Position numbers and translations under genes: made by a program. From assembly GCA_002479255.1 (NCBI GenBank), contig DLMJ01000042.1, positions 16,942 through 80,941 of the forward strand: a stretch of DNA of 64,000 bases, in the 5' to 3' direction. Below, piece after piece: positions 50,393 through 59,852 of the stretch (position 1 is its first letter; every line of letters begins with the position of its first letter). The stretch is from Candidatus Binatus soli (GTDB lineage Bacteria > Desulfobacterota > Binatia > Binatales > Binataceae). The notes beneath the pieces were generated by a model. The model did not search any database, was not told the DNA's origin, and saw only the letters and a program-made list of their open reading frames with translations.

Positions 50393-51333
50393 CAGCGTGG
50401 CGCCCGCGCCATCACGGCCGTCGTCCATCCGCGATGCGTCTTGCGGCTGAGACATCGCAGCGGCGACCGATAGTGACCCAACACTTCGTCGGCCTCGTCG
50501 GCGAGAAAACCGCCAAGGATCAATCGTCCCCCGGGCGCGACGAGTCGCTTCAGATGCGGCGCGAGTTCGATCAATGTGTGGCTCAGAATATTCGCCGTGA
50601 TCAGATCGAAGTGGCGATGAATCGAAGCGAGCGGCACCGATGAGAATCGGATCGATTTTTCCACGCGGTTCAGGCGCGCATTGGCACGCGCGTTTTCCAA
50701 CGCCGTCGGATCGATATCGATTGCGATTATTTCGCGCTCGAAACCGTGGCGCTTGCCGAGCAGTGCCGCCGCGATCGCCAATACTCCCGAGCCCGTGCCG
50801 GCATCGAGCATCGACTTCGGCGCGCGCGCGCCTATCAGCGATTCGATCGCGCGCAGAGCGCCTGCCGTCGTGGGATGATGCCCGGTGCCGAAAGCCCGCG
50901 CGGGTTGGACGATAATGGTCATTCGGCCGCGCTCGTTCTCGCGCTTCCACGGCGGTACGATCAGCATTCGCCGCCCGACGCGAAACGGCCCAAACCGTTT
51001 CATCCAAAGCGTGGACCATCCCGGATCGACGATTCTCCTCACGCTGCCATCGCGAGCGCCGTGGCCGGTGCTGTCGCGCGCGGCGTCAGCCAGCATTCCG
51101 GCCTGCTCCATCATGAGTTTGAGCCGCAACAGCTCGGTCGTGGAGATCCGGTCGAAGTACGCTTCGAGCGCGACGGTTTTATCCTCGCGCGCCCGCGGCA
51201 ACTTCATCCCGGCGACGGCGCATCCGATGGCGCCGCCCGCCACGAGGATTCCCGCGGCTTCATCCGCGAGGTGCGCGTGGGTGCGGAAGATCGCCCTGGT
51301 GTAACTTTGCCTGGATGCGGCTGCGCGTTGCAT
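50392..51333 (-). CDS. prmA: Ribosomal protein L11 methyltransferase PrmA
   Basis: FGTGHHPTT and LDAGTGSGVLAIAA SAM-binding motifs. Confidence 0.85.
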   Translation of the reverse strand: MQRAAASRQSYTRAIFRTHAHLADEAAGILVAGGAIGCAVAGMKLPRAREDKTVALEAYFDRISTTELLRLKLMMEQAGMLADAARDSTGHGARDGSVRRIVDPGWSTLWMKRFGPFRVGRRMLIVPPWKRENERGRMTIIVQPARAFGTGHHPTTAGALRAIESLIGARAPKSMLDAGTGSGVLAIAAALLGKRHGFEREIIAIDIDPTALENARANARLNRVEKSIRFSSVPLASIHRHFDLITANILSHTLIELAPHLKRLVAPGGRLILGGFLADEADEVLGHYRSPLRCLSRKTHRGWTTAVMARAPR

Positions 51334-51566
51334 ATTCCCCGGCCTTTGACTTTGGCCCGGGAATACCACGGTTACAATGGGGATTGCTCATGGGACGGTT
51401 TTTGGATGCCGACCGTTCTGCCTCTCTGCGAGGCGGCACGATGAGGTCCGATTCGCGCGAAGATTGTTGACAAGATGAAGCGGACGCGTTTGCGCCTGCG
51501 CTCGACGAACGCGTAAACTCGCATCATTATCAGACTTCAATTGTTCCAACGTGGTGGAGGCGGGCT

Positions 51567-52271
51567 GTGCTGAACATTGCCCATCGCGGGGCGAGCGGTA
51601 CTTTTCCCGAGAACACGGTGTGCGCGTTTCGCGCCGCGATCGACGCGGGCGCGGACATGTGCGAGCTGGACGTTCAGCTCAGCCGCGACGGCGCGATAGT
51701 GGTGATTCATGATGATACCGTCGAGCGCACGACCGATGGCAAGGGCGAAGTCGCGGAGCTGACGCTCGAGGAGCTCAAGCGATTGGACGCGGGCGCGAAG
51801 TTCAAGGGCGGCCCGTTCAAGGGCGCGCGAATTCCCACGCTTGACGAAGTGTTCGCCGCCACGAGCGGCAAGTGCGGGCTCAATATCGAGCTCAAAGCGG
51901 CCGGCCTCGAGCATCAGGTCGCGCAGATTATGCAGGCGCGCAATGCACTGGGCGATAGCATCGTGTCGAGCTTCGAGTGGGAATATCTGAAAAAAATCCA
52001 GCAGCTGCATTTCAACATTCGCGTTGGTCTGCTTGCCGACGAGAAGCCGGTTGACCTGATGATGAACGCGGTTGCGATGCGCGCGCATGCAATCAATCCG
52101 CGCTGGGACATGGTGACATCCGATCTGTGCAAGGCGGCGCACGAGCGCGGCCTCAAGGTGTACACTTGGACGGTGGATGCGGACGTGCTAATGCGGGCGC
52201 TCATCGAATGCGGGGTTGACGGCATCATGACGAACTATCCCGAGCGGTTGAGGACGGTGGTGGGCGGCTGA
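51567..52271 (+). CDS. Glycerophosphodiester phosphodiesterase (GDPD family)
   Basis: IAHRGASG...PENT and ELDVQLSRDGAIVVIHDDTVERTTDG motifs; GTG start with GGTGGAGG SD. Confidence 0.85.
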   Translation: MLNIAHRGASGTFPENTVCAFRAAIDAGADMCELDVQLSRDGAIVVIHDDTVERTTDGKGEVAELTLEELKRLDAGAKFKGGPFKGARIPTLDEVFAATSGKCGLNIELKAAGLEHQVAQIMQARNALGDSIVSSFEWEYLKKIQQLHFNIRVGLLADEKPVDLMMNAVAMRAHAINPRWDMVTSDLCKAAHERGLKVYTWTVDADVLMRALIECGVDGIMTNYPERLRTVVGG

Positions 52272-54112
52272 TGGGACGTTTCGGCGACGACAAGATCGAG
52301 GAAGTCCGTTCGCGCGCCGATATCGTCGAGATTGTCGGCGCGCACGTGCGTATCCGGCGGGCGGGGCGCAACTTCGTCGGGCTGTGTCCGTTCCACAATG
52401 AGAAGACGCCGTCGTTCTCGGTGAATGCCGAGCGCGGATTCTTTCATTGCTTTGGATGCGGCGCGGGCGGCAGCGTTTTCAATTTCATAATGCGCGTCGA
52501 GGGGTTGACGTTTCCCGAAGCGGTGCGTTCGCTCGCGCGCAAGTACGGCGTGACTTTACCCGAGCACGATCAATCCGGACCGGCGGCAGGCGAGCGCGAA
52601 GCGATGCTCAAAGCCGGCGAGGTCGCCGCCGAATTCTTCGCCCACGTGCTGTGGAACTCGACCGACGGAGCGCTCGCGCGCGACTACCTGAAATCGCGCG
52701 GCATCAGCGTCGAGACGGCGCGCGCGTTCATGATCGGATTTGCGCCGAACCGGCCGGCGTCGCTTGCCAAGGCGCTGGAACGGCGTGGACTGCGCGACGC
52801 GGGCGTGAAAGTCGGGCTGGTCAGGAAAGACGGCGATGGTGCGTACGACATGTTTCGCGCGCGCGTTATGTTCCCGATTCGCGACGCGCAGGGGCGGGTG
52901 CTCGCATTCGGCGGCCGCGTGCTCGATGCGCGCTTGCCCAAGTACATCAACTCGCCCGAATCGCCGCTGTACTCGAAAGCGCGAACTCTGTACGGACTGT
53001 TCGAAGCGCGCCAGGCGATTTCGTTTTCGTTGAATGCGCCGGCGGGAAAAGACCGCGCGATTATCGTCGAGGGTTACTTCGACGTGATTGCGCTGTGGCA
53101 GGCCGGGTTTAAGGAAGCGGTGGCGGGATGCGGCACGGCGCTGACGGTCGAGCAGTTGCGCGCGCTTAGCCGATACACGAAAAATGTAATCGCGTGCTTC
53201 GACGGCGACGCGGCGGGGCGCAAAGCCTCGATGCGGGCGCTGGAGATTTTTTTGCAGGCGGGGCTGCTGGGCCGGGGGATTTTTATTCCGACGGGTTTCG
53301 ATCCCGACACGTTCATTCGCGAGCGCGGCGCGGCCGCATTCGCGGAGTTGGCGGACAAATCCGAGTTGCTGGTCGATTATTTTCTCAGCGAACAGGCCGG
53401 CGAGGCGCGCGGATCGATCGCCGAGCGGGCGCGGGCGGCGCAGCGCGTCGCCGAGATGCTCAAGCTGGTCGGTGATCCGTTTCAGTTCGATTTGCTGGCG
53501 CGTAAGGCCGCCGACCTGCTCTCGATCGGCGAGGAAGTCCTGCGCAAAGAGGCGCGCGGTCCGCAATCACGACCGACGCCGTCGCGGTTTTCGCGCGCGG
53601 GGGTCGCGGCTGGCGCCGAGAACCGGCCCGCCACGCCGGGCGGCGGTGACGCCGGCTCGAAGGCCGAGATCGGACTTGTCGCGATTGCGCTGTTGCATCC
53701 GGAACTGCGCGCCGAGATTGCACAGTCGGGCGCGACGGCGAATTTCGAGGAGGTCCGCCTGGGCGGCGTGCTCGCCGACCTGTGCCGGACCGACGAAGCA
53801 TATACCGCCCTCGAACAATGGACCGCGGAGCGGCTGTCGGCCGAGGAGCAAAGCCGAATCAGCGAGTTTGCGGTCGGTCCGCTGACCGATGACATCGGCG
53901 ACGACACTCAGAAAAATCCCAATGACCTGGAAAAATGCCGGGCGCTTGTCAACGACTACGTCGTCGCGCTCGATCGGCGCCGCCGTGCGCGCGAACTGGG
54001 GCGACTGCGCCAGAGCGCAGCCGAAGTGTCGGCGCGCGAGTCCGAACCTGGCGAGGCGGCGGCGGCTGCGCAGGCCGTGATCGCACACAGACGCGAGGGC
54101 CGCGGCGCGTGA
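52271..54112 (+). CDS. dnaG: DNA primase
   Basis: CPFHNEKTPSFSV zinc-binding motif, TOPRIM domain; ATG overlaps the preceding stop (TGATG). Confidence 0.95.
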   Translation: MGRFGDDKIEEVRSRADIVEIVGAHVRIRRAGRNFVGLCPFHNEKTPSFSVNAERGFFHCFGCGAGGSVFNFIMRVEGLTFPEAVRSLARKYGVTLPEHDQSGPAAGEREAMLKAGEVAAEFFAHVLWNSTDGALARDYLKSRGISVETARAFMIGFAPNRPASLAKALERRGLRDAGVKVGLVRKDGDGAYDMFRARVMFPIRDAQGRVLAFGGRVLDARLPKYINSPESPLYSKARTLYGLFEARQAISFSLNAPAGKDRAIIVEGYFDVIALWQAGFKEAVAGCGTALTVEQLRALSRYTKNVIACFDGDAAGRKASMRALEIFLQAGLLGRGIFIPTGFDPDTFIRERGAAAFAELADKSELLVDYFLSEQAGEARGSIAERARAAQRVAEMLKLVGDPFQFDLLARKAADLLSIGEEVLRKEARGPQSRPTPSRFSRAGVAAGAENRPATPGGGDAGSKAEIGLVAIALLHPELRAEIAQSGATANFEEVRLGGVLADLCRTDEAYTALEQWTAERLSAEEQSRISEFAVGPLTDDIGDDTQKNPNDLEKCRALVNDYVVALDRRRRARELGRLRQSAAEVSARESEPGEAAAAAQAVIAHRREGRGA

Positions 54113-54211
54113 CCGGACGCGTGTACATGAGTTGAACGAATGTTCCGACCGTCAGCCCTTAAGTCTTCTGCCCGAACTTGCTACCATCAGGGCAGCCTGA
54201 TGCATTTCAGA

Positions 54212-54287
54212 GGGCCCATAGCTCAGCCAGGTTCAGAGCTGCCGGCTCATAACCGGCTGGTCCCAGGTTCAAATCCTGGTGGGCCCA
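54212..54287 (+). tRNA. tRNA with CAU anticodon (elongator Met or Ile2/lysidine type); CCA not encoded
   Basis: GGGCCCATAGCTCAGCCAGGTTCAGAGCTGCCGGCTCATAACCGGCTGGTCCCAGGTTCAAATCCTGGTGGGCCCA; acceptor C4:G69 and C5:G68 as in E. coli tRNA-Ile2. Confidence 0.85.
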
Positions 54288-54394
54288 TACCATTCGTTTC
54301 CGTTTTCCGCGGCGCCGCCCGACGGCTTTTGTCACCGTATGACGATGTCGAACAAAAACTTTGCGCAACGCGCACAACCTGACGGAGGGAAGAA

Positions 54395-55120
54395 TTGCGT
54401 GAAGAGATAAACCGGCTGATGGACCTCCAGGTCATCGACCGGCAATTGCAAGAGTTGGAGCAATCGCTGACGTCGATTGCCGGGCGAGTTGACCAACTTC
54501 GCGATGAGACCCAGAGCAACCGGGCCGAACTCGAACGCCTGACCGAACAAGACAAGGAACTGACCGCGGCCCGAAAAAAGGCTGAGCGTGAACTGGCCGA
54601 GGGCGAAGTCAGAATCCGCAACAAGCGGATGCGATTGACGCTGGTGCGCAACGACAAGGAATTGCAGGCGCTGACCCACGAGATCGAGTCGTTGAAGGAG
54701 ACCAATCAGCGGCTCGAAAGCGAGATGCTCACGTCGATGGAAGGCGCGGACGCGCGGACCGCGCGAATCAAGGATCTCACCGAAGCGATCACAAAGGGAC
54801 GCACCGATCTGGCGGCGGCGGAAAAGGAAATCGCGGCGGAAGTCGAAGAGCTCAAGAGCAACATCAGCAAGCATCGCAAGTCACGCGAGAAGGTCGCCGA
54901 GCATGTCGATGCGAATCTGCTCGCGCGCTACCAGATGATTTTCAGCCGGCGCGCGGGCGTCGCGGTTGCGCTGGCGAAGGGCGGAACCTGCCAGGGATGC
55001 AGGATGCGGCTGCCGCCACAGTTGTACAACGAGATCCAGAAGCATCTGCAGATACATTTCTGCCCGAACTGCCAGCGCGTTTTGTACTACGAGGACGCGG
55101 CAGAGAAACCGAGCTCGTAG
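54395..55120 (+). CDS. Coiled-coil protein with a C-terminal C4 zinc ribbon (COG1579/zf-RING_7-like)
   Basis: Long heptad-rich region then CQGC-x19-CPNC; TTG start with GGAGGG SD 5 nt upstream. Confidence 0.75.
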   Translation: MREEINRLMDLQVIDRQLQELEQSLTSIAGRVDQLRDETQSNRAELERLTEQDKELTAARKKAERELAEGEVRIRNKRMRLTLVRNDKELQALTHEIESLKETNQRLESEMLTSMEGADARTARIKDLTEAITKGRTDLAAAEKEIAAEVEELKSNISKHRKSREKVAEHVDANLLARYQMIFSRRAGVAVALAKGGTCQGCRMRLPPQLYNEIQKHLQIHFCPNCQRVLYYEDAAEKPSS

Positions 55121-55204
55121 CAGGCCCCCTCAGCCGCGGCGCCCTGCCTTGGGCGCGGCAGGTCTCGGACCAGCAGAAGGCATTACGCTAAGATTCTGCG
55201 CATC

Positions 55205-56503
55205 ATGCGGCTCGTCGGTCGAATCGCTTTTTTCTCGATTGCCGCGGCAGTGTTAGCAACGGAGCGAGTCGAGTTGCGCGCGCAACCTGCTGTTCCGGAT
55301 TCGCGGGCCGCATCGTCGAGTCCCGAAGCTGCTGCGGCATTGAAGCCCGGGACGATTATCGGCGCGGACAATATCGACCAGTACTTGCGCTATGTTCCTT
55401 CGGCAGCCAAGTTTGCCGTCGCGCATGGCTTTCGCATGCGAATTATCCCCGATCGCCGCGTCGAATGGTCCCAGGGCTTTCAGCACGCGACCGAAAAATA
55501 CGCCGCGCAAGTCACGCTCGACAACGACGATTACATCAAGAACTATGTCGCTGGCATGCCGTTTCCTCTGATCGACGCAATCGACCCGAAGGCTGCGGTG
55601 AAGATCGCCTACAACTGGCATATGGGACCGTTCATGCCGGACGATTTTTCGATTGCGCCATGGCGCAGCAACGGCTACGCCGCCGATCCCGCCAACGCTC
55701 TGAAAATAGTTCCGAACAGCGATTCCGACTACGGCTGCGAGCAGTTCGAGTTCCTGCGCTTTGCCCATCGCACCGACGTCGATCCACGCCCGACGATCGG
55801 CGGCAATGCGATGGGCTTCGAGTGGAAGGCGAGATGCAATCGATGGATGAGCGATCTCACCGGCACCCCGAGCGAAGGCGCCGGCATCTGGGTGCGTTAT
55901 CTCGACCCGAAGCATCCCGACGAGTTTTTCTCGTTCAGTGAAACGTCGCGCCGCGTGCGGCGTATCGCTGTGAATCTGGACTATCCCAATGAAGGCTGCC
56001 GCGGATGCCATCAGCCGTTTTGGGCCTATGCGCTGCCCAAGACCGAGAACTATCTGTATCGCTTGCTCGGCAGCACGGCACTGCTGGGTTGTTTGGCGGC
56101 CGATCAAGAGCCGGCGGGATTCAAGACCGGCGGCGAAGGATTGACGCTTGGCGAGGAACCGTTCGCAGTTCGCCACGCATACATTCTCGAGATGCGGCCG
56201 CGATTCCCCGATGAAGCGTCGGCGGGACTGCGCACTATCATCTATATCGACAGCGAGGTGTACGTTTGGCTGGCCGCGGAATTTTACGACTCGGGCGGTC
56301 TGACTGCGACGGCGATGCCGCTGTGGCGAATGCGGCCGTCGTCAGAGGGCGGAAGTCTGTTCGATCTCGCGGGCAGCTTTTATCATCCCCAGAACCGCGG
56401 ATCGTTCTTCCGCTCGCTCGTTCCCGCGCACATTGAATTCAAGCAGGCAATCAACAACGGCAGTGTCGGGGAAGGCGCGTTCAATCCGCAAATGATGCGC
56501 TGA
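55205..56503 (+). CDS. Secreted hypothetical protein, possibly DUF1329/LolA-like family
   Basis: Signal peptide MRLVGRIAFFSIAAAVLA; 432 aa; the family assignment is from memory of DUF1329 architecture and is low-confidence. Confidence 0.7.
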   Translation: MRLVGRIAFFSIAAAVLATERVELRAQPAVPDSRAASSSPEAAAALKPGTIIGADNIDQYLRYVPSAAKFAVAHGFRMRIIPDRRVEWSQGFQHATEKYAAQVTLDNDDYIKNYVAGMPFPLIDAIDPKAAVKIAYNWHMGPFMPDDFSIAPWRSNGYAADPANALKIVPNSDSDYGCEQFEFLRFAHRTDVDPRPTIGGNAMGFEWKARCNRWMSDLTGTPSEGAGIWVRYLDPKHPDEFFSFSETSRRVRRIAVNLDYPNEGCRGCHQPFWAYALPKTENYLYRLLGSTALLGCLAADQEPAGFKTGGEGLTLGEEPFAVRHAYILEMRPRFPDEASAGLRTIIYIDSEVYVWLAAEFYDSGGLTATAMPLWRMRPSSEGGSLFDLAGSFYHPQNRGSFFRSLVPAHIEFKQAINNGSVGEGAFNPQMMR

Positions 56504-56684
56504 AGCCCTGATCTTTCGCGGGCGCGGCGGTTTTCCCCACTAGATTCGAATGCTGAGGCGCGGCTTGCCGGGGCTTCGGCTACCAGCGTAGTGTCCGCAT
56601 TGACAGGATAGGGTTGCCGTCCCAGGCGTTTTTTTTCGTTTCGATTGCTTCAATACCGACTAACCAGCCCCACGGGAGGATTTT

Positions 56685-58391
56685 ATGAGTGAAATTACCG
56701 GAGCAGAGCTTCTTCTACGATGTCTCGTCGGCGAGGGAGTCAGGTTCGTGTTTGGAATTCCCTGTCCGGAAGTCGACCCGCTGCTCGCCAAGTTGGAGCA
56801 GTACGAAGTGCGATTCGTCCCCGTTCGCCACGAGGCCGCTGCCGTCCACATGGCGGAAGGGCTATACAAGACGACCGGCCAGGTGGCGGCGGTGCTTGGC
56901 AACCCCGGTCCCGGGTCTGCGAATCTGATCCCCGGCGTGATCACGGCGCGGCACGAGGGCGTACCCGTTGTCGTTATCACCGCGCAGCACCGCCTGGGGA
57001 TCGTTTATCCGTCGTCACCCTCAACGTTCCAGGGTCAGGATCAGCTCGAAGTCTTCAAGCCCGTGGTCAAATGGAGCGGTCCGATTCTGTCGTGGGAGCG
57101 CATCCCGGAAGTGATGAGGATTGCCTTTCGCGAAATGTGGATCGGGAGGCCGGGACCGATTCATATCGAGATACCGGCGCCCGTGATGTACGCGATGGGT
57201 GACGACGCAAAGGTCCGGCTGCTGAGGCCGGATGAGTACCGAGCGGCCGGTCCGCGGCCCTCGGAAGCTCAGCTCGAGGAGGCGGCGCGGATGCTCGCCG
57301 GCGCCAAGCGGCCGATTGTGATCTCGGGCGCCGGAGTCGATCGCGCCGGAGCGAACGAAGCGATCCTGGCGGTCGTCGAGCTGCTCAACTGTCCCGTCAT
57401 CGGTACGATAGCCGGGCGGTCATCGGTGCCGCTCGATCATCCGAACTTCCTCAACGGCTACGGCCCTGGTGCGGACCTCGCGCGCCGCGAGTCAGACGTC
57501 ATCCTGGTCGTGGGCTCGAGGATGGGCAACCTTGACATTCCTTACGACAAGTACTGGGGCGATCCCGCCAATAAGAAGCTCATCCAGGTGGATATCGATC
57601 AGCGCAACATGGGCGTCACGCGGCCGCTTGCGCTCGGGATCGTTTCCGACGCGAAAAGCGCGCTCGAGGGCTTGTTGCGCATGCTCAAGACGGAGCGAGC
57701 CCGGCCCAAGGGCGGGGAGGACACGCAGCGCTATCGAGAGGTTGCCCGCAAATGGTGGGAGGAGCGATTCGCACCGGTCGCCGCCTGGCGCGGACCCGGA
57801 ATCCATCCGGCGCTCGCGATGCAAACAATCGGCAAGGTCTTCGGCTCGGACAGCATCTATGTCGCCGACGGCGGCAACACTTCGTTGTGGGCAGCCTGGT
57901 TTCTGCCATCGACCAAGCCGCGGTCGTACCTGAACATTCTTGAACTAGGCATGCTCGGCACGGGAATCCCTTCTGCCATTGGAGCGAAGCTTGGCAACCC
58001 GGCGCGCGAGGTGGTGTGCGTGAGCGGCGACGGAGCTGCGGGGTTCAACTTCATGGAGATGCAATCGGCTGCGCGCGAAGGCCTGAAGGTCAGGACCGTC
58101 GTGTTCGCCGAAGGTTCATGGACGATGGAGGAGCCGAATGAACGGATGCTCTACGGTCGGACGTTCGGCACCGAGATGGGGACAGTGCGATGGGACCGGG
58201 TCGCCGAGGGCCTGGGCTGCCAAGCGTTTTACGTCGATCGCATGGAAGACCTCGAAGCGGCGCTGAAGGGCGCGAAGGGATCGGACGGACCGGCAGTGGT
58301 TTGCCTGAAGACCAATCGCGACGCCAACCTCGCGATCCCTATGGAACTCGGCCTTCGCTTCGCCGAGGTGTACCAAGGTCCGATGGGATGA
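56685..58391 (+). CDS. Thiamine-diphosphate-dependent enzyme (acetolactate synthase large subunit-like family)
   Basis: TPP_enzyme N, central and C domains, with the ThDP-binding GDG...N motif (VSGDGAAGFNFME) in the C-terminal part. Confidence 0.85.
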   Translation: MSEITGAELLLRCLVGEGVRFVFGIPCPEVDPLLAKLEQYEVRFVPVRHEAAAVHMAEGLYKTTGQVAAVLGNPGPGSANLIPGVITARHEGVPVVVITAQHRLGIVYPSSPSTFQGQDQLEVFKPVVKWSGPILSWERIPEVMRIAFREMWIGRPGPIHIEIPAPVMYAMGDDAKVRLLRPDEYRAAGPRPSEAQLEEAARMLAGAKRPIVISGAGVDRAGANEAILAVVELLNCPVIGTIAGRSSVPLDHPNFLNGYGPGADLARRESDVILVVGSRMGNLDIPYDKYWGDPANKKLIQVDIDQRNMGVTRPLALGIVSDAKSALEGLLRMLKTERARPKGGEDTQRYREVARKWWEERFAPVAAWRGPGIHPALAMQTIGKVFGSDSIYVADGGNTSLWAAWFLPSTKPRSYLNILELGMLGTGIPSAIGAKLGNPAREVVCVSGDGAAGFNFMEMQSAAREGLKVRTVVFAEGSWTMEEPNERMLYGRTFGTEMGTVRWDRVAEGLGCQAFYVDRMEDLEAALKGAKGSDGPAVVCLKTNRDANLAIPMELGLRFAEVYQGPMG

Positions 58392-58425
58392 TGCTTGAGG
58401 CCGACGTCCGAAGTTTTTTCGACTC

Positions 58426-58465
58426 GGTTGACCATCCGGAGTAATCACTCGTGGTTACTCCGGAT
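58426..58465. terminator. Perfect 15-bp inverted repeat (gaccatccggagtaa / ttactccggatggtc, 10-nt loop) between convergent genes; candidate bidirectional terminator
   Basis: Read directly; lies between the stops at 58391 (+) and 58504 (-). Confidence 0.6.
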
Positions 58466-58503
58466 GGTCGCGCATCGGATTGCCGACCGGAGGATTCTGC
58501 GGC

Positions 58504-59601
58504 TCATCCGCCCGGCGTCGCGGTCGCCGTAGGAGTCGCGCTCAGGGTTGCGGTTGCGGTTGCCGTTCGGGTTGCCGTCGCGGTTGCGGTTGCCGTTGGG
58601 GTTGCAGTCGTAGTTGCCGTCGCGGTCGCGGTAGCGGTTGGGGTTCCCGTTCGGGTTGCCGTCGCGGTAACGGTTACCGTCGCGGTTGCGGTTGTCGTTG
58701 GGGTTGGAGTCGTAGTTTGAGTCGCGGTCGCGGTAGTGGTTGGTGTTGCCGTTCGGGTTGCCGTCGCGGTAGCGGTCGCCGTCGCGGTAGCGGTCGCCGT
58801 CGCGGTAGCGGTTGCAGTCGCGGTAGCGGTTGCCGTTGGGGATGCCGTTGGGGTTGCCGTCACGGTCGGGGTCGGGGTCGCGGTCGGCGCTACGAAGATG
58901 CAGGCGCAGGAGCCTTGTCCGCTACCCAGCCGTGTGATGTCGGCGCACGTTTCCGGCAGTCCGTCATTGAGTTCGTCCGCAGCCGGAACATCGGCTTGGA
59001 ACACGTCTTCGGTGATCTGGGTATTCTGAACGTGAGATGCCCAAGCCATTAGTTCGCTATTGGTGGCCAGTATGAAGCTGGTGCCCGCCGCGGTTGGATC
59101 GCAGCAGACGCCGGTGCTGGGGTCGCAAGCTGCATATGTGGGCTGCGAATCCCCGTATGGAGCTGGAGTGCCATTTGGCAAGGTCGATATGATACGGACC
59201 GAGCCGTCGTGGAGGAGGCCCCCTGTCACCGGGTTCCCCGCCAAACTGCCACTGATGCTGAGGGTCAACAGACCATCCGCGGTCAGCGGGCATCCGCAGC
59301 AGGCCTGCATCGATTGCTCGGTATTGAAGACGTAGATCATCGCGCAGATTTCGCCCTCTCGCGAGGCGGGGGTGGCGCCCGTTGCATCTCCCTCGAGGGG
59401 AGCCGTGATATTGACGGAGGCCTGTCCCCCCTTGGTGTTGGCGTTGCTGAAATAATTCTGCAACTCAGTCCCGTACTCTTCGGACTCTGCCGCCGCCCTG
59501 CCTGACAACGCGAACGTCGCGAGGGCCACGGCCAGCAGAATCATCGTGCTTGTGCTCAGGACTCTCTTACCTAAAGGCGCTAAGGCCCATACACCATTCA
59601 T
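58504..59601 (-). CDS. Secreted Cys-rich protein with a ~115-aa C-terminal (Thr-Ala)n / TATP low-complexity tail
   Basis: Signal peptide, then a ~200-aa domain with 10 Cys (ACCGCP, CDPSTGVCCDP, CACIF), then TATATATA...PGG. Start at ATG 59601 (MNGVW) with GGGAG upstream. Confidence 0.7.
   Translation of the reverse strand: MNGVWALAPLGKRVLSTSTMILLAVALATFALSGRAAAESEEYGTELQNYFSNANTKGGQASVNITAPLEGDATGATPASREGEICAMIYVFNTEQSMQACCGCPLTADGLLTLSISGSLAGNPVTGGLLHDGSVRIISTLPNGTPAPYGDSQPTYAACDPSTGVCCDPTAAGTSFILATNSELMAWASHVQNTQITEDVFQADVPAADELNDGLPETCADITRLGSGQGSCACIFVAPTATPTPTVTATPTASPTATATATATATATATATATATATATATRTATPTTTATATQTTTPTPTTTATATVTVTATATRTGTPTATATATATTTATPTATATATATRTATATATLSATPTATATPGG
58507..58870. 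repeat. Coding hexanucleotide microsatellite (GCSGTM)n, ~360 bp, encoding the (Thr-Ala)n tail on the minus strand
   Basis: gtcgcggtagcggtcgccgtcgcggtagcggt... read directly. Confidence 0.7.
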
Positions 59602-59685
59602 GGTGGAATTTTTTCTCCCTGTCTCGCTGAAAACGGCGTAACCGTTAGCATCCCTCAACTAGGCTTTCAAGCGGCGTTCGGGTTG

Positions 59686-59714
59686 AATATCATGAATACC
59701 CTTATTGCTGTCAA
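59686..59714 (-). promoter_or_regulatory. Candidate sigma-70 promoter for the TA-repeat protein gene (TTGACA-N17-GATATT on the minus strand)
   Basis: Read on the minus strand: tttgacagcaataagggtattcatgatattc; about 78 nt upstream of ATG 59601. Confidence 0.35.
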
Positions 59715-59836
59715 ACGGATGCCAAGATGTAGGGGAAAGTGCCGGCTGGTTTAGCAGTCTGGCGCCGAGTTCTTGCCGGGTTCGGACGAGTTCGGATTTG
59801 TCCAAAAGTGTCCGACCGTCGCTGGCGGTGGCCAAA

Positions 59837-59852
59837 TGGCATCTCGCTTGCA
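59837..59852 (+). promoter_or_regulatory. Candidate sigma-54 (-24/-12) promoter TGGCATctcgcTTGCA, oriented toward the Wza-like gene
   Basis: Matches TGGCAC-N5-TTGCW with the exact GG-to-GC spacing; about 355 nt upstream of ATG 60208. Confidence 0.5.

Noticed and set aside
50393-51019. 464-aa ORF 49625..51019 as an RsmE fusion protein
   Set aside because: Only the C-terminal 256 aa match RsmE. The upstream part is an alternative frame of prmA on the same strand. The ATG at 50392 overlaps the prmA stop.
58507-58870. Possible CRISPR array because of the dense short repeats
   Set aside because: The repeat unit is 6 nt with no spacers and lies inside a continuous ORF. It is a coding microsatellite, not a CRISPR.
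58451-59052. Plus-strand (Val-Ala)n and Arg/Gly/Cys-rich ORFs over the hexanucleotide repeat
   Set aside because: They are alternative frames of the (Thr-Ala)n coding repeat. The minus-strand ORF has a signal peptide, an RBS and a structured N-domain; these do not.
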